Assembly (NCBI RefSeq): GCF_001194135.2
Contig: NC_068998.1
Location: forward strand, 8,547,686 to 8,611,685
Origin: Octopus bimaculoides
Lineage: Eukaryota
Direction: 5' to 3'
DNA: 64,000 bases
The notes under the pieces were generated by a model. It had not been told where the DNA came from. It ran no database searches and was given only the letters and a program-made list of their open reading frames with translations. Shown piece by piece: positions 1 to 13,814 of the stretch. The stretch's first letter is position 1. Each line of letters opens with the position of its first letter. The position numbers and the translations under genes were made by a program.

Positions 1-89
<89 letters not shown>
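1..89. repeat. (TA)n microsatellite
   Basis: Perfect TA dinucleotide run from the window start. Confidence 0.98.
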
Positions 90-91
<2 letters not shown>

Positions 92-518
92 CATGTATAT
101 GTACATATATATACATATCTATATACATGCACATACATACATATTCATGAACTTTGTAAGAAATTCAATGAATGTCATAATAACTATTCGCATCTGTGAT
201 AAATGAGAATATAGATTTCCTGTCTTATTTTTAAATTTTTATTTCATTTTTTCTTCCATTTACGTTATCCCCCATTCTTTACCTTAGTCTTTCTTTGTCT
301 CTCTATTTGAATCTACTTCTCTCTCTTTCTCTCTCTCACTCTCCCCCCTCTTGCGTATTTGTTCGTTTGTTTTTCTTTCGAAGAACAAAACTTATTGCAA
401 AGCCTTATAACCTGGAAGCTGATTTGTTATTTATTTCTTGTTGATTTCATGTGATCCTTTGCATAGCAATGTTTTTTTTCCTTCTCTTCTAAATTACATA
501 TCCCGAAGTACTAAAACC

Positions 519-552
<34 letters not shown>

Positions 553-1449
553 TTACACAGAGAGACAGAGAGAGAATCGAAAGAAAGCGTTCGAGAGAAA
601 AAGAGTAACAGATTATCTGTATTAATTTTGTGCTGCCTTCATTTACGCTGGTTCTTCAATGTCAGTATTTTTTCTTTGTTTCTTATAATATTATTCCTTT
701 GTCATCATTCTTTTGTTTTAAAAACTTATTCGAAAATAACTGTTACAGAAATGAAAAGATATGTTTATTCATTTTTGCTGATATCACAAAACATTGCATG
801 ACAATGTATAAGTCAGTTTCATATCATTTTTATATGTAGTTCTATGTTTTACGTACGTTTGCTTTGTATTAACTTATCTAGAATAGATTTTCGATACACT
901 GAACATGTATAACGGTGTGTCAAGAATTTTTATTATGAGAATGACCTTTTTTTTCTGTAGGACACATTGAAAGGAAATTAGGTAGGTGTAGCTACGATGA
1001 GAGTCTTCTATAATTTTACCTCGACCAACAGGAAATAAGAAGGATTTTCTTCTCGTTTCTCAAAATCACACATTTGGCTATTACCAATGGAAAGACACAT
1101 TGGGTAGTATAGTATTAGATCCGTTGTGTCCACAAATATGACTAGTATGTCATGGTTAGAAGATATAACATATATAGACAGATAGATAACAAGATAGATA
1201 GATAGATAGTTTTACTAATTTATAGTTATATAATATAATTATATGAAAAGGTGCGAATAAATCCTACCAACACGCTAGAAATAGATGCCAAGTGGCGCTA
1301 AAACCATATCTACACTCCGTTAGCACAGTTTGTCATGGGACAGATGAAAAAATGAATAAGAACACAACGCGCCGCGCGGTCCGGAAATCCAACCAACGCT
1401 CTAACGATTCTGAGTGCAGCACCCTAACCAATAGGTCACGTGCCTTCAC

Positions 1450-1807
1450 ATATGCATGTATTTATGTATGTATGTCATTGTTCAGTTTTATTCCAAGATT
1501 TCTTGCCAATAGAGAAAGGGCCGGTTTTTAACCAAGATCCAAGTCTCCTTCATTAGAATTTCAACAACTCCAAAAGGGTGTTTTGTATGTATGTATGTAT
1601 GTATGTGTGCAGATTTGTATGTTTTGCTTTACGTATTCTCATGCGTATAGTTACATGTCTACACATACTCATACATATTTAAATGATAAACTTCTGGAAA
1701 GTTTTACAGAACTTTACAGTTACAGTGATCGATTGGATCTGTAGTCTTCGAATTAGCTTTCTCCTTTCTGATTTTGAGAAGACTAATTTCTCAAGATTGT
1801 TATTTAG
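1450..1807 (-). mobile_element. 3' end of a non-LTR retrotransposon (probably RLE-type LINE), 5'-truncated
   Basis: Minus frame 1807-1679 reads LNNNLEKLVFSKSERRKLIRRLQIQSITVTVKFCKTFQKFII*, resembling the C-terminus of restriction-like-endonuclease LINEs. It is followed by a UTR-like stretch with (CATA)n runs. Clade assignment is inference. Confidence 0.5.
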
Positions 1808-2504
1808 GCAGTGTGGTATATGCATGTATGTATGCATGCATGTATGTAGGTATGTGTGTATGTATGTATTTGTATGTCATCGGAGATGGCGTACGACTCA
1901 GAAAGGGAAAACAACATGAAATAAGTCTGGTAGTATTGGTGATATTTATGTAAGTGTAAGAGTGTAAGAGCACAGTATTCTCCCTTGACAAACACAACAC
2001 TTCAGCCTTACAATCATACACAATGATCGCTATTTTGACCTCAAAAAGTAATGCCATTCACTGTTATTTACAAATAGCAAATACTAGCTAAGAGGCAAAG
2101 AAGAACTTCGTTAGGATTTGAACTTTGTGTAAAAACAAAGAAGTAACTAAATACGTGTTGATATGTGAAGCCTACAAATAATACCATTCGCAGCCCTTTA
2201 AATATAATAATTACCAGCTACCAATTCTTTTCACGAAGGGAAGCGTCCATAAAATATCCAATAAGAATAAAAGGCGTCTTTTTATTTTCTTCTGTTGTTA
2301 ACTATAAATCAGAGACTCAAGAGAGCAAGACGGAGCTTAATGACATGTCTTAGGGCTATGGCCACTTTTCTTAATTTAAAATTTATGTTCATTTTCTAAA
2401 AGACACTGTTAAGGGAAAACTGACTGTATGAAAACTGGCCGACGAAGGATCGTGTTAGTGGTCGTACAACAAACTAAAAGCTGTAGTATAAAATGTATTT
2501 CGTA

Positions 2505-2815
2505 CAAGCGCGTTAGGTTTAGGGTCCTCCGATCGTGTGTTCGATTCCAGGCGCCGTATTTGTGCCCTTGTGCAAGCTACTTTATTTCGAGTTACTTCAG
2601 TCAACCCAGCTGGCAAAAATTAATACTACCAGTGTTTCAAAGGGCCAACCTTCTCACATGATGTATCGTTCTGAATCTCCCTGAGAATTACGTCAAGTGT
2701 ACGCGTGTCTATTGAGTGCTTAGTCACGTGCACGTTAATTTTTACTTCACAAGCAGGCTGTGCTGTTGATCAGCTCTGCTGGAACACACGTCGTCGTAAC
2801 TGACAGAGAGCCACA
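2505..2815 (+). mobile_element. tRNA-derived SINE, family D (different head, family-A-type 3' tail), degraded
   Basis: B-box-like GTTCGATTCC, then GTGCCCTTGTGCAAG, then the tail TTTCAAAGGGCCAACC...GCAGGCTG...CGTCGTCGTAAC shared with family A copies. Confidence 0.75.
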
Positions 2816-3918
2816 AGAAAAAATTTCACACACAATATGAGAAAATAAAGAACAAACCTATATGGCATGATAATCCTAAGTATATTATGTATCGAAAACA
2901 TTGGTAGAAACGCTATGGCTGTAATGCCTTTGATAGCTCGATCGTTAATTTGAATAATCACGGATAACCTTGTGCTAAACATGAACAACAATAACAAAAC
3001 CGTTTTCCGAAATAGTCAGACAGTGAGAGTAATGTACCCCAATATATATACTTAAACAGGCACGCGCTCCCATGCGCATACAATCACTCACACTCACAGA
3101 GTCACATACATAAACGCATGCTCACACGCACACGTATACATTGTCTACATTTATACACACATTTATACACACACAAACACATGATCAGACGCAAAAATAT
3201 ATATATAGATCACATAGAAAAATGCGAGCAAGAGATATAATATTCTTAAGATTATAACGCTGGAAAATTACAGGATAAGTTATTACATTTGGAAAAGTTC
3301 AGGACAACTTATTACATCTGGTAGAGAACAGAAAAAGAACATATTTTATTTAAAATATTGCAGCTAAGGTCAAAATTTCAAATAAATTATTTAGATTTAG
3401 AAAATACTAGCTTTTATTAAAGCTAAAAATGTTATTACAAATTATTTGTCATTGTTACTTCTATTAAAAATAAAAATGACTGAAAATATTATTGGCACTT
3501 TTAAAAAATTCCTTTTTCTAATTAACTAATAATCAGAAATTTGAAAATAGGTTATAAAAAAATAATCAGTTAGTGGAATAAATAGAATAATACAAGAATT
3601 AGTTTCATATTACTGCAAACTCTACATATATCACTTAATTCACATAAAAATTTGCTTGAGTTATTGCCAAGTTTTCACATTTTTAGTCTTGACCCAATGC
3701 CTATATTTTACATAATGAATTTGCCTGCCATATATAATGTTCTACTTTGCATAAACTTTTAGCTATATTGGTACTTCTGGGTCTTATTTTTTAAGTATTC
3801 TAGTGTGTCAATATTTTAACAAAATGATAGTACCGTTTTTAATTATAATGTTACGTTGTAAATTAAAATCAAATAATTTGTAATATTCAAATATTATTCA
3901 ACTATTACTGTAGTTGAA

Positions 3919-3950
<32 letters not shown>

Positions 3951-3954
<4 letters not shown>

Positions 3955-4430
3955 TCGGGGCACGATAGGTACATTGTCACCATTTCATATTTTTAATTTC
4001 GCGCATGCACATGGTTTATCTTTGACTATGCCGACTACACATGGTAGTAGGGTCAGTTGGGCACCGTCTGTGAGAAAAAAACTGCACCCTGACACAAATC
4101 ACTTTGCCAGAAATTTGGAAACGACATGCTGTACTGCATGGCCTTCGCGCTGGAAGCTCCAGTACGAACATTTCGGAGTGTTTTGATGTCAATCTCAAGA
4201 CAGTGCAACGTGAGGACATGTACTGAGAGTGATATAAATCAGACATCCAGTCAGCATTATGATGTTTGGAGTGATCACTAGTGATGGCGATGATATGCCT
4301 CCACATTTTTTTTCCACACAGCCTCAGACTCAACACGTAGGCCTACATCAGGTGCCTGGAGGAGGTAATGCTGCCCTGAGTCAAGAGGGCGATTGCTGGA
4401 ATCGCCCTATGTCTGGCAATAGGACTCCAT
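3951..4430 (+). mobile_element. Tc1/mariner-superfamily (DD37D/maT-like) transposon remnant, internally deleted
   Basis: From 4259 reads MMFGVITSDGDDMPPHFF, then SLRLNT*AYIRCLEEV and RPYVWQ*DS, typical of DD37D transposase cores. It starts TATACTCGGGG at the end of a TA run (TIR-like). Confidence 0.8.
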
Positions 4431-5648
4431 AATGAATTTCTCAATTTGTGCCTTTTTTCAGTCACTAAAGACTTTTACCAAAATGACGTACAAAACGCAA
4501 CCGAAAACTTGGAATAATGTATTCAGACTAATTTCTTCCCATTTGTGTACGCATAAGCTTACCTACTCTTCATTATTTCTGTAAAATAAATAAAGGGTAG
4601 GCAAAATAATGGTCGAACAATACGGGTAGAATTTAGGACAAATTCTATTTTTTATATCAAATAACATGTCAATAATTATGGTAAGGTTAGACCTAATGCT
4701 CGAACTCTCTAGTTTCTAAAACATATTTAGTTTTGCTTTGCTAATCGATACACTGATATAAAGATATAAATGAAAATTCCAATAATGATCCGAAATAAAT
4801 ATTTGCATTGGGGAAACGCTATAATTTATCTGCTTTAGATGTGTAATGAATACTACAACAAGATCAAACAATAGTGCCCAGACATGGATAATAAAAAACA
4901 TAATAAATATTTTTGAGAGCCAAAAAAATAATAAATCTGAAGCAAAGCAACAATGAAAATACATCCAGTTTTAATATGTAAAGAAACATACAAAAACTAA
5001 AAGCGAAAGTACTATTCTGGTTCAGAGATCTCGTCAAAGCTGACAATTTCCCTAAGAGATTTCAGTTCGACAAAAACCGCAAAAAGAAAAAAAAAAAACC
5101 TACATTAATCAAATAATCTCGTCAGTAACTGATTGTACATGTGTGACAGAAGCATGGACAGACATATGGTGAACAAACTAACTACTAATATTTTGTATTT
5201 ATTCGTGTTTAAGTCGCAATGTTTTATACTTGATTTTAAGAGAAAAAACTGTGATATGACTTATTCACGGCGAAAAGCTAAAGCTATGAAAGAAAGAAAT
5301 TTTGTAGCAGCATTTAACACTTAATTAGGACCGCAGCGTGCGACTTACGCATGAGTAAATAAGGCAATATGATATAATGCAGAATAAAACGAAATGGCTT
5401 TGGTGAAACCATAGCTATCAACTTTTTAAAAATATTTCTTGTGGTAAAGTAGCTTTCATGGACAATATCATCCATGTAAATGCATAATGGCTTAAATTAG
5501 GCAAAGATTTAATTGTGCCAACTGAAACAAAACATATATTGCAATATACGCATTATATCTGAAAATGCTGGACATCTTAAATAGTGGGCATTTGATCATT
5601 GGTGTATTTAAACAAGCTTAAATTATCTATACACAATATTTGTTTTTT

Positions 5649-6040
5649 GTTGTTGTCGGCACTCCGTCGCTTACGACGTCGAGGGTTCCAGTTGATCCGA
5701 TCAACGGAACAGCCTGCTCGTGAAACTAACGTGCAAGTGGCTGAGCACTCCACAGACACCGTGTACCCTTAACGTAGTTCTCGGAGATATTCAGCGTGAC
5801 GCAGAGTGTGACAAGGCTGACCCTTTGAATTACAGGTACAACAGAAACAGGAAGTAACAGTGAGAGAATATTGTGGTGAAAGAGTACAGCAGGGTTCGCC
5901 ACCATCCCCTGCCGGAGCTTCGTGGAGCTTTTAGGTGTTTTCGCTGAATAAATCACTCACAACGCCCGGTCTGGGAATCGAAACCGCGATCCTATGACCG
6001 CGAGTCCGCTGCCCTAACCACTGGGCCATTGCGCCTCCAC
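5649..6040 (-). mobile_element. Full-length tRNA-derived SINE, family A, with 11-bp target-site duplication
   Basis: Head TGGAGGCGCAATGGCCCAGTGGTTAGGGCAGCGGACTCGCGG (A box) and GTTTCGATTCC (B box); tail ends in (AAC)n. ATTTGTTTTTT flanks both sides (5638-5648 and 6041-6051). Confidence 0.93.
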
Positions 6041-6079
6041 ATTTGTTTTTTAATTGAGTCACAAAGTTCAGACAAAGCT

Positions 6080-6500
6080 TGGGCGAGGTGCATTAGTCGA
6101 TATCATTATTTCCAGTGCATGGTTTCTGCTTTATCTTATCAACCTCAAAAGGATGAAAAGTAAAGTTCAATTCCGTGTGGAATCAAAAGTGTATGTTTAA
6201 ACAACCGGAGTAAATACCGCAGGGTATTTTTTCGATGCCCTAACTATTTTGACAGCTCCTTAAATTAGACAACAAAGTTATTTTTTATATAACACCAGTA
6301 CCAGAAAATGTGGTGAACCGAGGAATATGTTGATACTATCGCTTCCATGCATGATTGGCAGCCTACGTTATTGACCCCGAAAAAGTGAAAAGTGCTGTTG
6401 AGTTACGCGTGATTTGAACTGAAAATGTTAGAATCCAGAAGGATGGTTGCAAGATATTTTTACCGATGCTCTAACGAATCTGGGCGCTCGCTCAATTACA
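6080..6500 (-). mobile_element. Two degraded family-B SINE copies
   Basis: Diverged matches to the family-B core (AAAAGGATGAAA.GTAAAGT..., GACCCCGAAA, ATTTGAACT, CTAACGA.TCTG). Confidence 0.6.
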
Positions 6501-7030
6501 TGCTAACAACAATAATTGATTTTTAATTTTTACTCACGTGGGAATGCGGTTCCTGGCATCCTTTCCACTTGTCTATTAACGAGGGGAAGAAAGTATCATC
6601 AAAATGGAGACCAGACCAGAATGCTTGCAACAGAACGGACTCTACTAAAAGCATTCAAGCTACCAGGTCGATATTTTCAACCGGGTAATTGATAAAGTCT
6701 ACCACCCAGGTATACCATTGCAGGGATTGAACACAGGGCGCAAGGAAACTGAACGATGGCATGTTATACAGTAACATCATATATCTAGGATTTGGTATTT
6801 TGGAAATGAATCTGAAATTGCTGAAAGTCACAGTTAGCTATGGCAAGATTTGAACTCCGAATGAAGAGTGTTGCAACAAATGATGTGAAGTATTCCATAC
6901 GACCTTCAAACGATTCTGCCTATTCGCCGTCTTTTACTAAGAGTTTGCGCGACCATTATAGAAGTAAGGCTTTTTATAGAATTATACAGAAATCGCCAAA
7001 CACACTCAGGTAAAGGTTTTGTTTTTTTTT

Positions 7031-7395
7031 TGGTAAGTAGCTTGCTTACCAACCACATGGTCCCGGGTTCAGTCCCACTGCGTGGCATCTTGGGCAAGTG
7101 TCCTCTACTATAGCCTCGGGCCGACCAAAGCCTTGTGAGTGGATTTGGTAGACGGAAACTGAAAGAAGCCCGTCGTATATATATATATATGTATGTGTGT
7201 ATGTGTTTGTCCCCCCAATATCGCTTGACAACCGATGCTGGTGTGTTTATGTCCCCGTAAGTTAGCGGTTCGGCAAAGGAGACCAATAGAATAAGTACTA
7301 GGCTTCCAAAGAATAAGTCCTGGGGTCGATTTGCTCGACTAAAGGCGGTGCTCCAGCATTGCCACAGTCAAAAGACTGAAACAAGTAAAGAGTAT
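7031..7395 (+). mobile_element. tRNA-derived SINE, family C (CORE-like domain, internal TA/TG microsatellite), near full length
   Basis: GGTTCAGTCCC B box, TTGGGCAAGTGTCCTCTACTATAGCCTCGGG central domain, internal (TA)(TG) run, 3' GACTAAAGGCGGTGCTCCAGCA...GACTGAAACAAGTAA. Homologues at 16.3, 16.7, 34.4, 45.9 and 62.8 kb. Confidence 0.9.
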
Positions 7396-7801
7396 ACCAT
7401 ATGATACTAAATAAATAGTAAAGACAGTGCGTGGCATAAAACCTTCCGTATTTTACACGACTATTTCTTTGACATGGGGGCAATTAAGATAATGATGTCA
7501 TACAGCTAGAAGTGTTTCCGTTTCTACTTTTAAATAAGTCCATATTTTGCATCGGCGCACTGCTGGGGTTTCCGTTGAAGCGTTCATCAACAGCGATATT
7601 CCGTTGAAGCGTACATCATTTCACGATGTTCCAGTCCACTCAGCAGGTAAAACTGCGCAATCTTACGATGGACCGGCGTTCAGTCCAGGTACAGAAAGAA
7701 AGAACATCATAGAAATCGAGTAACCGGCTTCGAGTTCATATGATTCCGAAAGAAACCTTATCCTTAGATAGACAGACAGACGGGCAGGCATGTAGGCACG
7801 C

Positions 7802-7863
<62 letters not shown>
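7802..7863. repeat. (AGAT)n microsatellite
   Basis: Perfect tetranucleotide run. Confidence 0.97.
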
Positions 7864-7864
<1 letters not shown>

Positions 7865-8289
7865 CCAGTAGGTAGCATGATAGGTAGTTAACTATTAGTT
7901 AGATAGGTGAGCATTTAGGTAGGTCGGTAGTTAGGTATGTAGATAAGTAAGTAGGATGGTATGTAGGTATGGAAACGGTTCCAGAAGCGAAGTAAATAAT
8001 CACTTCTTAGCATGTCTGAACGATACGAGAATTCGATGCCAGTTATAAATCATGAAGCAAAATATTTTGAAGAAAATTTTTATTTGTTGAATGTTGGCAT
8101 GTTTTAAGTAATTTAGTTTCTTTGAAAATTAGAGCTTATTTTTGAAGAGACCATACTACGAAAATTGGTATAAGTAGACGTGGAGATATACAAGAGATAC
8201 CAAGATATACAGAGATATGGCTATAATTATGAGTGTGCGTGTTTGCGTACGAGCATGGGCTGTGAGGTTGTCTCCGTTCTTGTATCTAT

Positions 8290-8359
8290 GTAGGTATGTG
8301 TACTTACATATGTGAGGATGCTTTGAATGATTTTAATATACAGATATGTAAATAAGTGA

Positions 8360-8394
<35 letters not shown>

Positions 8395-8967
8395 CACTCA
8401 CACACATATCTGTGTATGTCTGCGTATGCATGTATATTTGTATGTACACACACACATACATACATATATATATATATAAAAATACAGACTAATGTAAATT
8501 TTAGCTGAATCATATTCAATATCATATACATAGAAACACATGCGCACACATATGTAAGCATGAGTACCAAACTTACACACATGCACACACACACACAAAC
8601 ATACACGCACACATATGCATACACACACACACACACACACAAACAAACATCTATATGTATATATATCTACGGCTGTCCATATTCAGATAGGGTGATATAT
8701 ATATGCGCACAAGTGTGTTTATATACAATCATATTAATACATACATGCGTATATATGTATATATATACACATATATATACACATATATATATTTACAAAT
8801 ATATACATATATAATACTATATATACATATATATGTGTGTACATATATAAATATATATAAATATATGTATCTGCATACAGTCACAGACACACATATTTAT
8901 ATACATAAATACATACACTATATATATATATACGCGCGCGCGCGTGCGTGTGCGTGTGCGTGTGCGT

Positions 8968-9003
<36 letters not shown>

Positions 9004-9207
9004 TATGTTCTAATACATGTAAGTATGAAGTCTAGTATGTCTCTGGTTATATACCAAGAAAATATTTTATAAATACCCATCCACTCATAATATAGATTTC
9101 CTATACTCACCAACACAAGTTCATTTTCCGATATTCGTGCTCTTATGAACAAAATGCACGCATACATGCATGTATATTCGGAACACACATGCACACACAC
9201 ACAAACA

Positions 9208-9245
<38 letters not shown>

Positions 9246-10007
9246 CTGAACGCGCGTTTGTGTGTATATATATATATATATGTATATATATAATTTTAAC
9301 ATCCAATGTATGCATGTATGTATGTAATAAACATTTCTTACACGGCACTCATCTCGGAGCTGTATTGTTCTGTGAGAATGTTCTGGTGCCTTAAATCTTA
9401 CCTTGCATCAATTATGTCAGATCTTGCGGCAGCCATTTGTCTCCCCCTACTTACTCACATATACTCTTACGTTCCACCGTGTTCCACTGTTTCAGCATTG
9501 CACTATTTCAGAAACAAAACTGCCATTACATGTAAGTCTTTTCAGTATTCATTATTGGTTAATTGAATTACATTCAAAGTAGTATTAGAAGAAGTAACAT
9601 ATGTCATGGTAGTGGTGTGGTACTTGGGTGGTATGTGCATACGTAACCATGTATATATGTGTGTATACACACACACACACACATATATGTATATATATAT
9701 ATATACACACACAGACATTCATATATACAAATATTTATGTATATAAATATATGTATATATATGTAACCTTGTATATAATATGCATACATGTACATACAAG
9801 CATACCTATATGTATGTCTCTATACATATATATATATATATGCGTGTATAGATATGTACATACGTATACGTAGACGTGTGTACGTATATATGACCATACA
9901 CACTTGCATACATAAATGAGCATACATTTAATTTATCCACACATATGTATGCATATATTTATATGTATATACATATATATATGTGTGTGTTCACGTTTAT
10001 GCATATA

Positions 10008-10058
<51 letters not shown>

Positions 10059-10089
10059 TCACGTTTATGCATATATATATGTATATATA

Positions 10090-10154
<65 letters not shown>

Positions 10155-10195
10155 TCACGTTTATGCATATATATATATATATATATATGCATATA

Positions 10196-10234
<39 letters not shown>

Positions 10235-10260
10235 TGTATAGGTATGTATGTACGTATAGG
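8290..10260. repeat. Compound (TA)/(CA)/(TG) microsatellite field
   Basis: About 2 kb dominated by alternating purine-pyrimidine runs; source of the spurious YI/HT/CV ORFs. Confidence 0.95.
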
Positions 10261-11110
10261 TACAAGCAGTAGTGCATGTGATGGTAGCAAAATTGATGCT
10301 CTTTGTTCTTGTAGTGGGGATGGATTTGATGGCAAAGGCGATGGTGTTTAATGAAGGTGTTGAAGAAGATTTACGGCGTTCACATAGGAGACTGTGATTG
10401 TTTTTATTGGTGATGATCTTCCTAATAATGTTGGGATGCTGATGTTGTTGTTGTTGGGGCCTTTGCTGCCGTGGTTAATGGTGGGTTGTGTTTATAATAA
10501 TTTTGCCTTCTGTTCGTGGCGTTTGTAGTGCCTGCTATAATGCTCTTCTTCATGTTGGTGCTGATATTTATGGTGGTGGATTTGGTTGCGATGGTAGTGG
10601 TGGTGGTGGTGGTATTATTTGGTGATACTGAATTTGGTTATGTTGTAGTTCGTGTTGTAGTTCGTGTTGTAGTTCATGGTGCTGGTGGTGTTGGTGCTGT
10701 TATTGGATCTGGTGCTGCTGCTGCTGGTGTTGGTGGTTGTTGTGTTGCTCTCGTTCGCCGTGATTCTATTGCCTGTGTTGTTGGTGTTTGTGGCAGTTAC
10801 GAAACGTGTCGTTATGGCGGTGTGTCGGCAGTAATAAAGTGTCACCCCTGTTATTTGTAGCAGTGGCAGATGTGATGTTGGTTCGCTTGGCCGAGGTAGC
10901 TGTGCTTGCAATTATGCTGCGGATGCTTGTGGCTGACGCATGGTGATAGTTTTCCTTTTGTCCATTGCTGGAGGATGTACTAAATCTAACGGTCATGATG
11001 GTGACAGTGAGGGTGACAATCTTACTACATTAGAGGCTTTGGCAGAGATAGTAGTCGTCGTTGTGATGTTAATGATAGCGATATTGGCAACTGTAGATAG
11101 ATACACACTG
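10260..11110. repeat. Cryptic trinucleotide (GTT/GGT/GCT/GAT) low-complexity tract
   Basis: Degenerate triplet periodicity with no credible coding signal. Confidence 0.85.
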
Positions 11111-11626
11111 TAACTGGATAGCGAAGGCAACAGTAACATTAGATATATTTCTGTAGACATTCGTCTCTTTTATTTGACAGATTACTGGCTTCCATCATCT
11201 CCACAAACCGCTGGATAGAATCTTGGAATTAAGAAGTAGACAAGATTATTCTAACTTTCGTTTGTAATTTACTCGCAGGAAGAAAGGCTGGAGATATGAC
11301 CTTCTTTAAAGGCCCACGGGATCTAGTTTGAAAATGTATAGTAAACAACATGTCGTTGTTTATTGTTTGAATGGTGATCTGGGACAAAATTCACAAAAAC
11401 AAAACAAAAAGAATAACTCCGTTAAATATACGGAAGGGCCAGATGCATGTGATCTATTAATAGAAATACATACATGCAATTTCATGGCTTTTACAGAACT
11501 TCCATATAAGAGAGAGAAGAGAACTGAAAGAATCGGGTTTCCAGTACGCAGAGCTGCTCATTTCCATTCATCAGCAGGTAAACACAGCCTGGTTTTCATT
11601 TGGAAGAGGTTAACTATATATAAATA

Positions 11627-11712
11627 GTGTGGTAAGAAACTTTCTTTCGAACCACATGGTTCCGGGTTCAGTTCCACTCCATTGCATCTTAGGTAAGTAT
11701 TTTCTACGTGAC
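11627..11712 (+). mobile_element. Family-C SINE 5' fragment
   Basis: GTGTGGTAAGAAAC...CCACATGGTTCCGGGTTCAGTTCCACT matches the family-C head. Confidence 0.75.
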
Positions 11713-12261
11713 CCGTAATCATTCTCATTTTTCTTCTCCATTTTCTATTTTCACCTGATCGCTGAGTCGATCAGTCGCCATTTTCTCTTCCTTACTTCCA
11801 ACACGGTTTGCTTTTACACCATTAGCGATTTTTGTTGTTGTTGTTTTCGTTGTTTTTCATTTCCAATCCTATAAAACATTTTCCTTGCGCTACCCATGTA
11901 TACGTCACGTCGTATAGCTTCAAGGCCATATTTTGTTTGTATAATGTATTTGTATTTTATTTTATTTGTATGTTTATTCTTTGTCGTGTTCGTTTTTGTC
12001 ATTATCCTGTTCCAGATTATCTTTGCAATTTCGGCTGGTTATACTCGAGATTGCTCCAATCTGGCCAGCCCCAAGGAAAAACTAAGCTAAGATCATGAGA
12101 TTCCTTGGAAAAGAAAGCAACAAATGTATACGAAAGCAAGGACGGCAAAAAACGGAGAATGTTACACAAATACAAATGACAGGACATAACAACAGGTATC
12201 TTTCTAAGGACGAATTAAATTAAGCTGGCGTATGTGGAAGTGTGTATGTATATATATATAT

Positions 12262-12271
12262 NNNNNNNNNN
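12262..12271. other. Assembly gap (10 N) with duplicated flanks
   Basis: N run; 12197-12261 is repeated immediately after the gap from 12272. Confidence 0.97.
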
Positions 12272-12323
12272 TATCTTTCTAAGGACGAATTAAATTAAGC
12301 TGGCGTATGTGGAAGTGTGTATG

Positions 12324-12356
<33 letters not shown>

Positions 12357-12452
12357 ATGTGTATATATATATATGTATGTATATAAATATATATGTATGT
12401 ATATAATGTGTATACTTATATATGTATGTATGTAGATGTGTATGTATATCAG

Positions 12453-12483
<31 letters not shown>

Positions 12484-13162
12484 TATGTATATATATATAC
12501 ACATACGTATGTAAATGTATATGTATGTTACAGCGGTTTCCGAGTGGGCTTTTCATATAACGTGCAGCTGATGACTACCGTGAATCTTTCACACCCCAGG
12601 TAGAAAAAAGAGTGTATCGATTATTATATTCCTGTGTATGTGTCACTATGTACACGAGTGAATGGACAAGCGCGTGCATATTAGTGTATGTACTTATCGA
12701 CTGTTTTCTCAAACTTAGCAGTCTTCGAGATATCAAAAATAGCTGTGCACCTTGTGACGAATCGAGCAACAGTCTTCGATCAGCAGTCAATATATCAACA
12801 GAGCTTTTCTGTGTTATGTGTTTCAAGACAAAATTTGGCGTATGTCTAATATAAATAAATATAAATAGTTAGCACTTGATACCTGTTGATTCGTTACTCA
12901 TACCCCGGTTAGATTTTACCTATGATTGTATTGTTTAGCTTCATCTATGTTTATTTATTACTGATACGAGAACACACACGCGCGTTAAAACACACACACA
13001 CACACACACACGTATATCGACATAACCATAGACATGTGAATGTGTGTGTGTGCACATACAAGTATATATATGTGTGTGCAAGTAAATATAAATACATATA
13101 TATTAGCGTATTTATATATTCATATATATATATATATGAATATATATATATATATATGAATA

Positions 13163-13262
13163 NNNNNNNNNNNNNNNNNNNNNNNNNNNNNNNNNNNNNN
13201 NNNNNNNNNNNNNNNNNNNNNNNNNNNNNNNNNNNNNNNNNNNNNNNNNNNNNNNNNNNNNN
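13163..13262. other. Assembly gap (100 N)
   Basis: N run. Confidence 0.99.
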
Positions 13263-13814
13263 CTTTGTGTAGCCTTTGTTGTGTTAGAAAATGGTTATCA
13301 TAGAATTTATTAAAAAGCACTGATACAGCCTTTGACAATGATAAGAAAATGTTAAGAAATAGAATATTTGACAAAGATAAGAAAATATTAAGAGGGGCTT
13401 TTCGTTTAAACAGTCTACATAAAAGTGTTGAAAACAGGTAGTAAAAATAAATTCATAATTATTTAGAAGTTCATCAAAAATCATGATTGTATAGAAGCAT
13501 ATATACAGAAAGAATTTGTAGACAGTGTTTGATAGGAGAAAGCGTGTATTGCTTAGTCAAAACTTCATCAGAAATCATATTTAGGTGTTTGTACGGAATT
13601 TTAGGGGAATGACCAAACTTTTTTCCTTTCATTTCCAGTCTTCTATGTGTGTTTGACAAGAATGGTTGCTATTTTTAGAAATAGTGTGGGAGGTTGGTTG
13701 GTTGGTGGGGGAATGCATTCACATAATTTGTGGATACAAAAGGATTTTTGTTTTGTTTCTGGGCAATTCTCTCATGGTTGAGTGGTTTTTGAACTGGTCT
13801 TAGAGTTCAAGATG

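Noticed and set aside
1340-1450. CpG-rich patch with CCGGAAAT, CCAAT and GTCACGTG motifs
   Set aside because: Overlaps sequence resembling a reversed family-B SINE head (CTCTAACGATTCTG); no independent promoter evidence.
5577-5956. Recurrent ORFs MSVECSA...RRRKRRS (also 36451-36777, 32491-32784)
   Set aside because: They are readings of family-A SINE sequence, not a gene family.
8304-10351. Many long ORFs rich in YI/HT/CV
   Set aside because: Direct translations of (TA)n, (CA)n and (TG)n; the same applies to similar ORFs throughout the window.
10516-10996. Val/Gly-rich membrane-protein-like ORFs
   Set aside because: Cryptic GTT/GGT triplet repeat, not coding complexity.
12020-12110. Third hammerhead candidate (minus GGCTGG...CCAGCC-GAAA-TTGCAA) beside a CCAAGGAA/TTCCTTGG inverted repeat
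   Set aside because: No CUGANGA core and no UH cleavage site in register; at most a distant terminal-repeat relic.
12197-12335. Exact 65-bp direct repeat
   Set aside because: The copies flank a 10-N gap; most likely an unmerged contig overlap.
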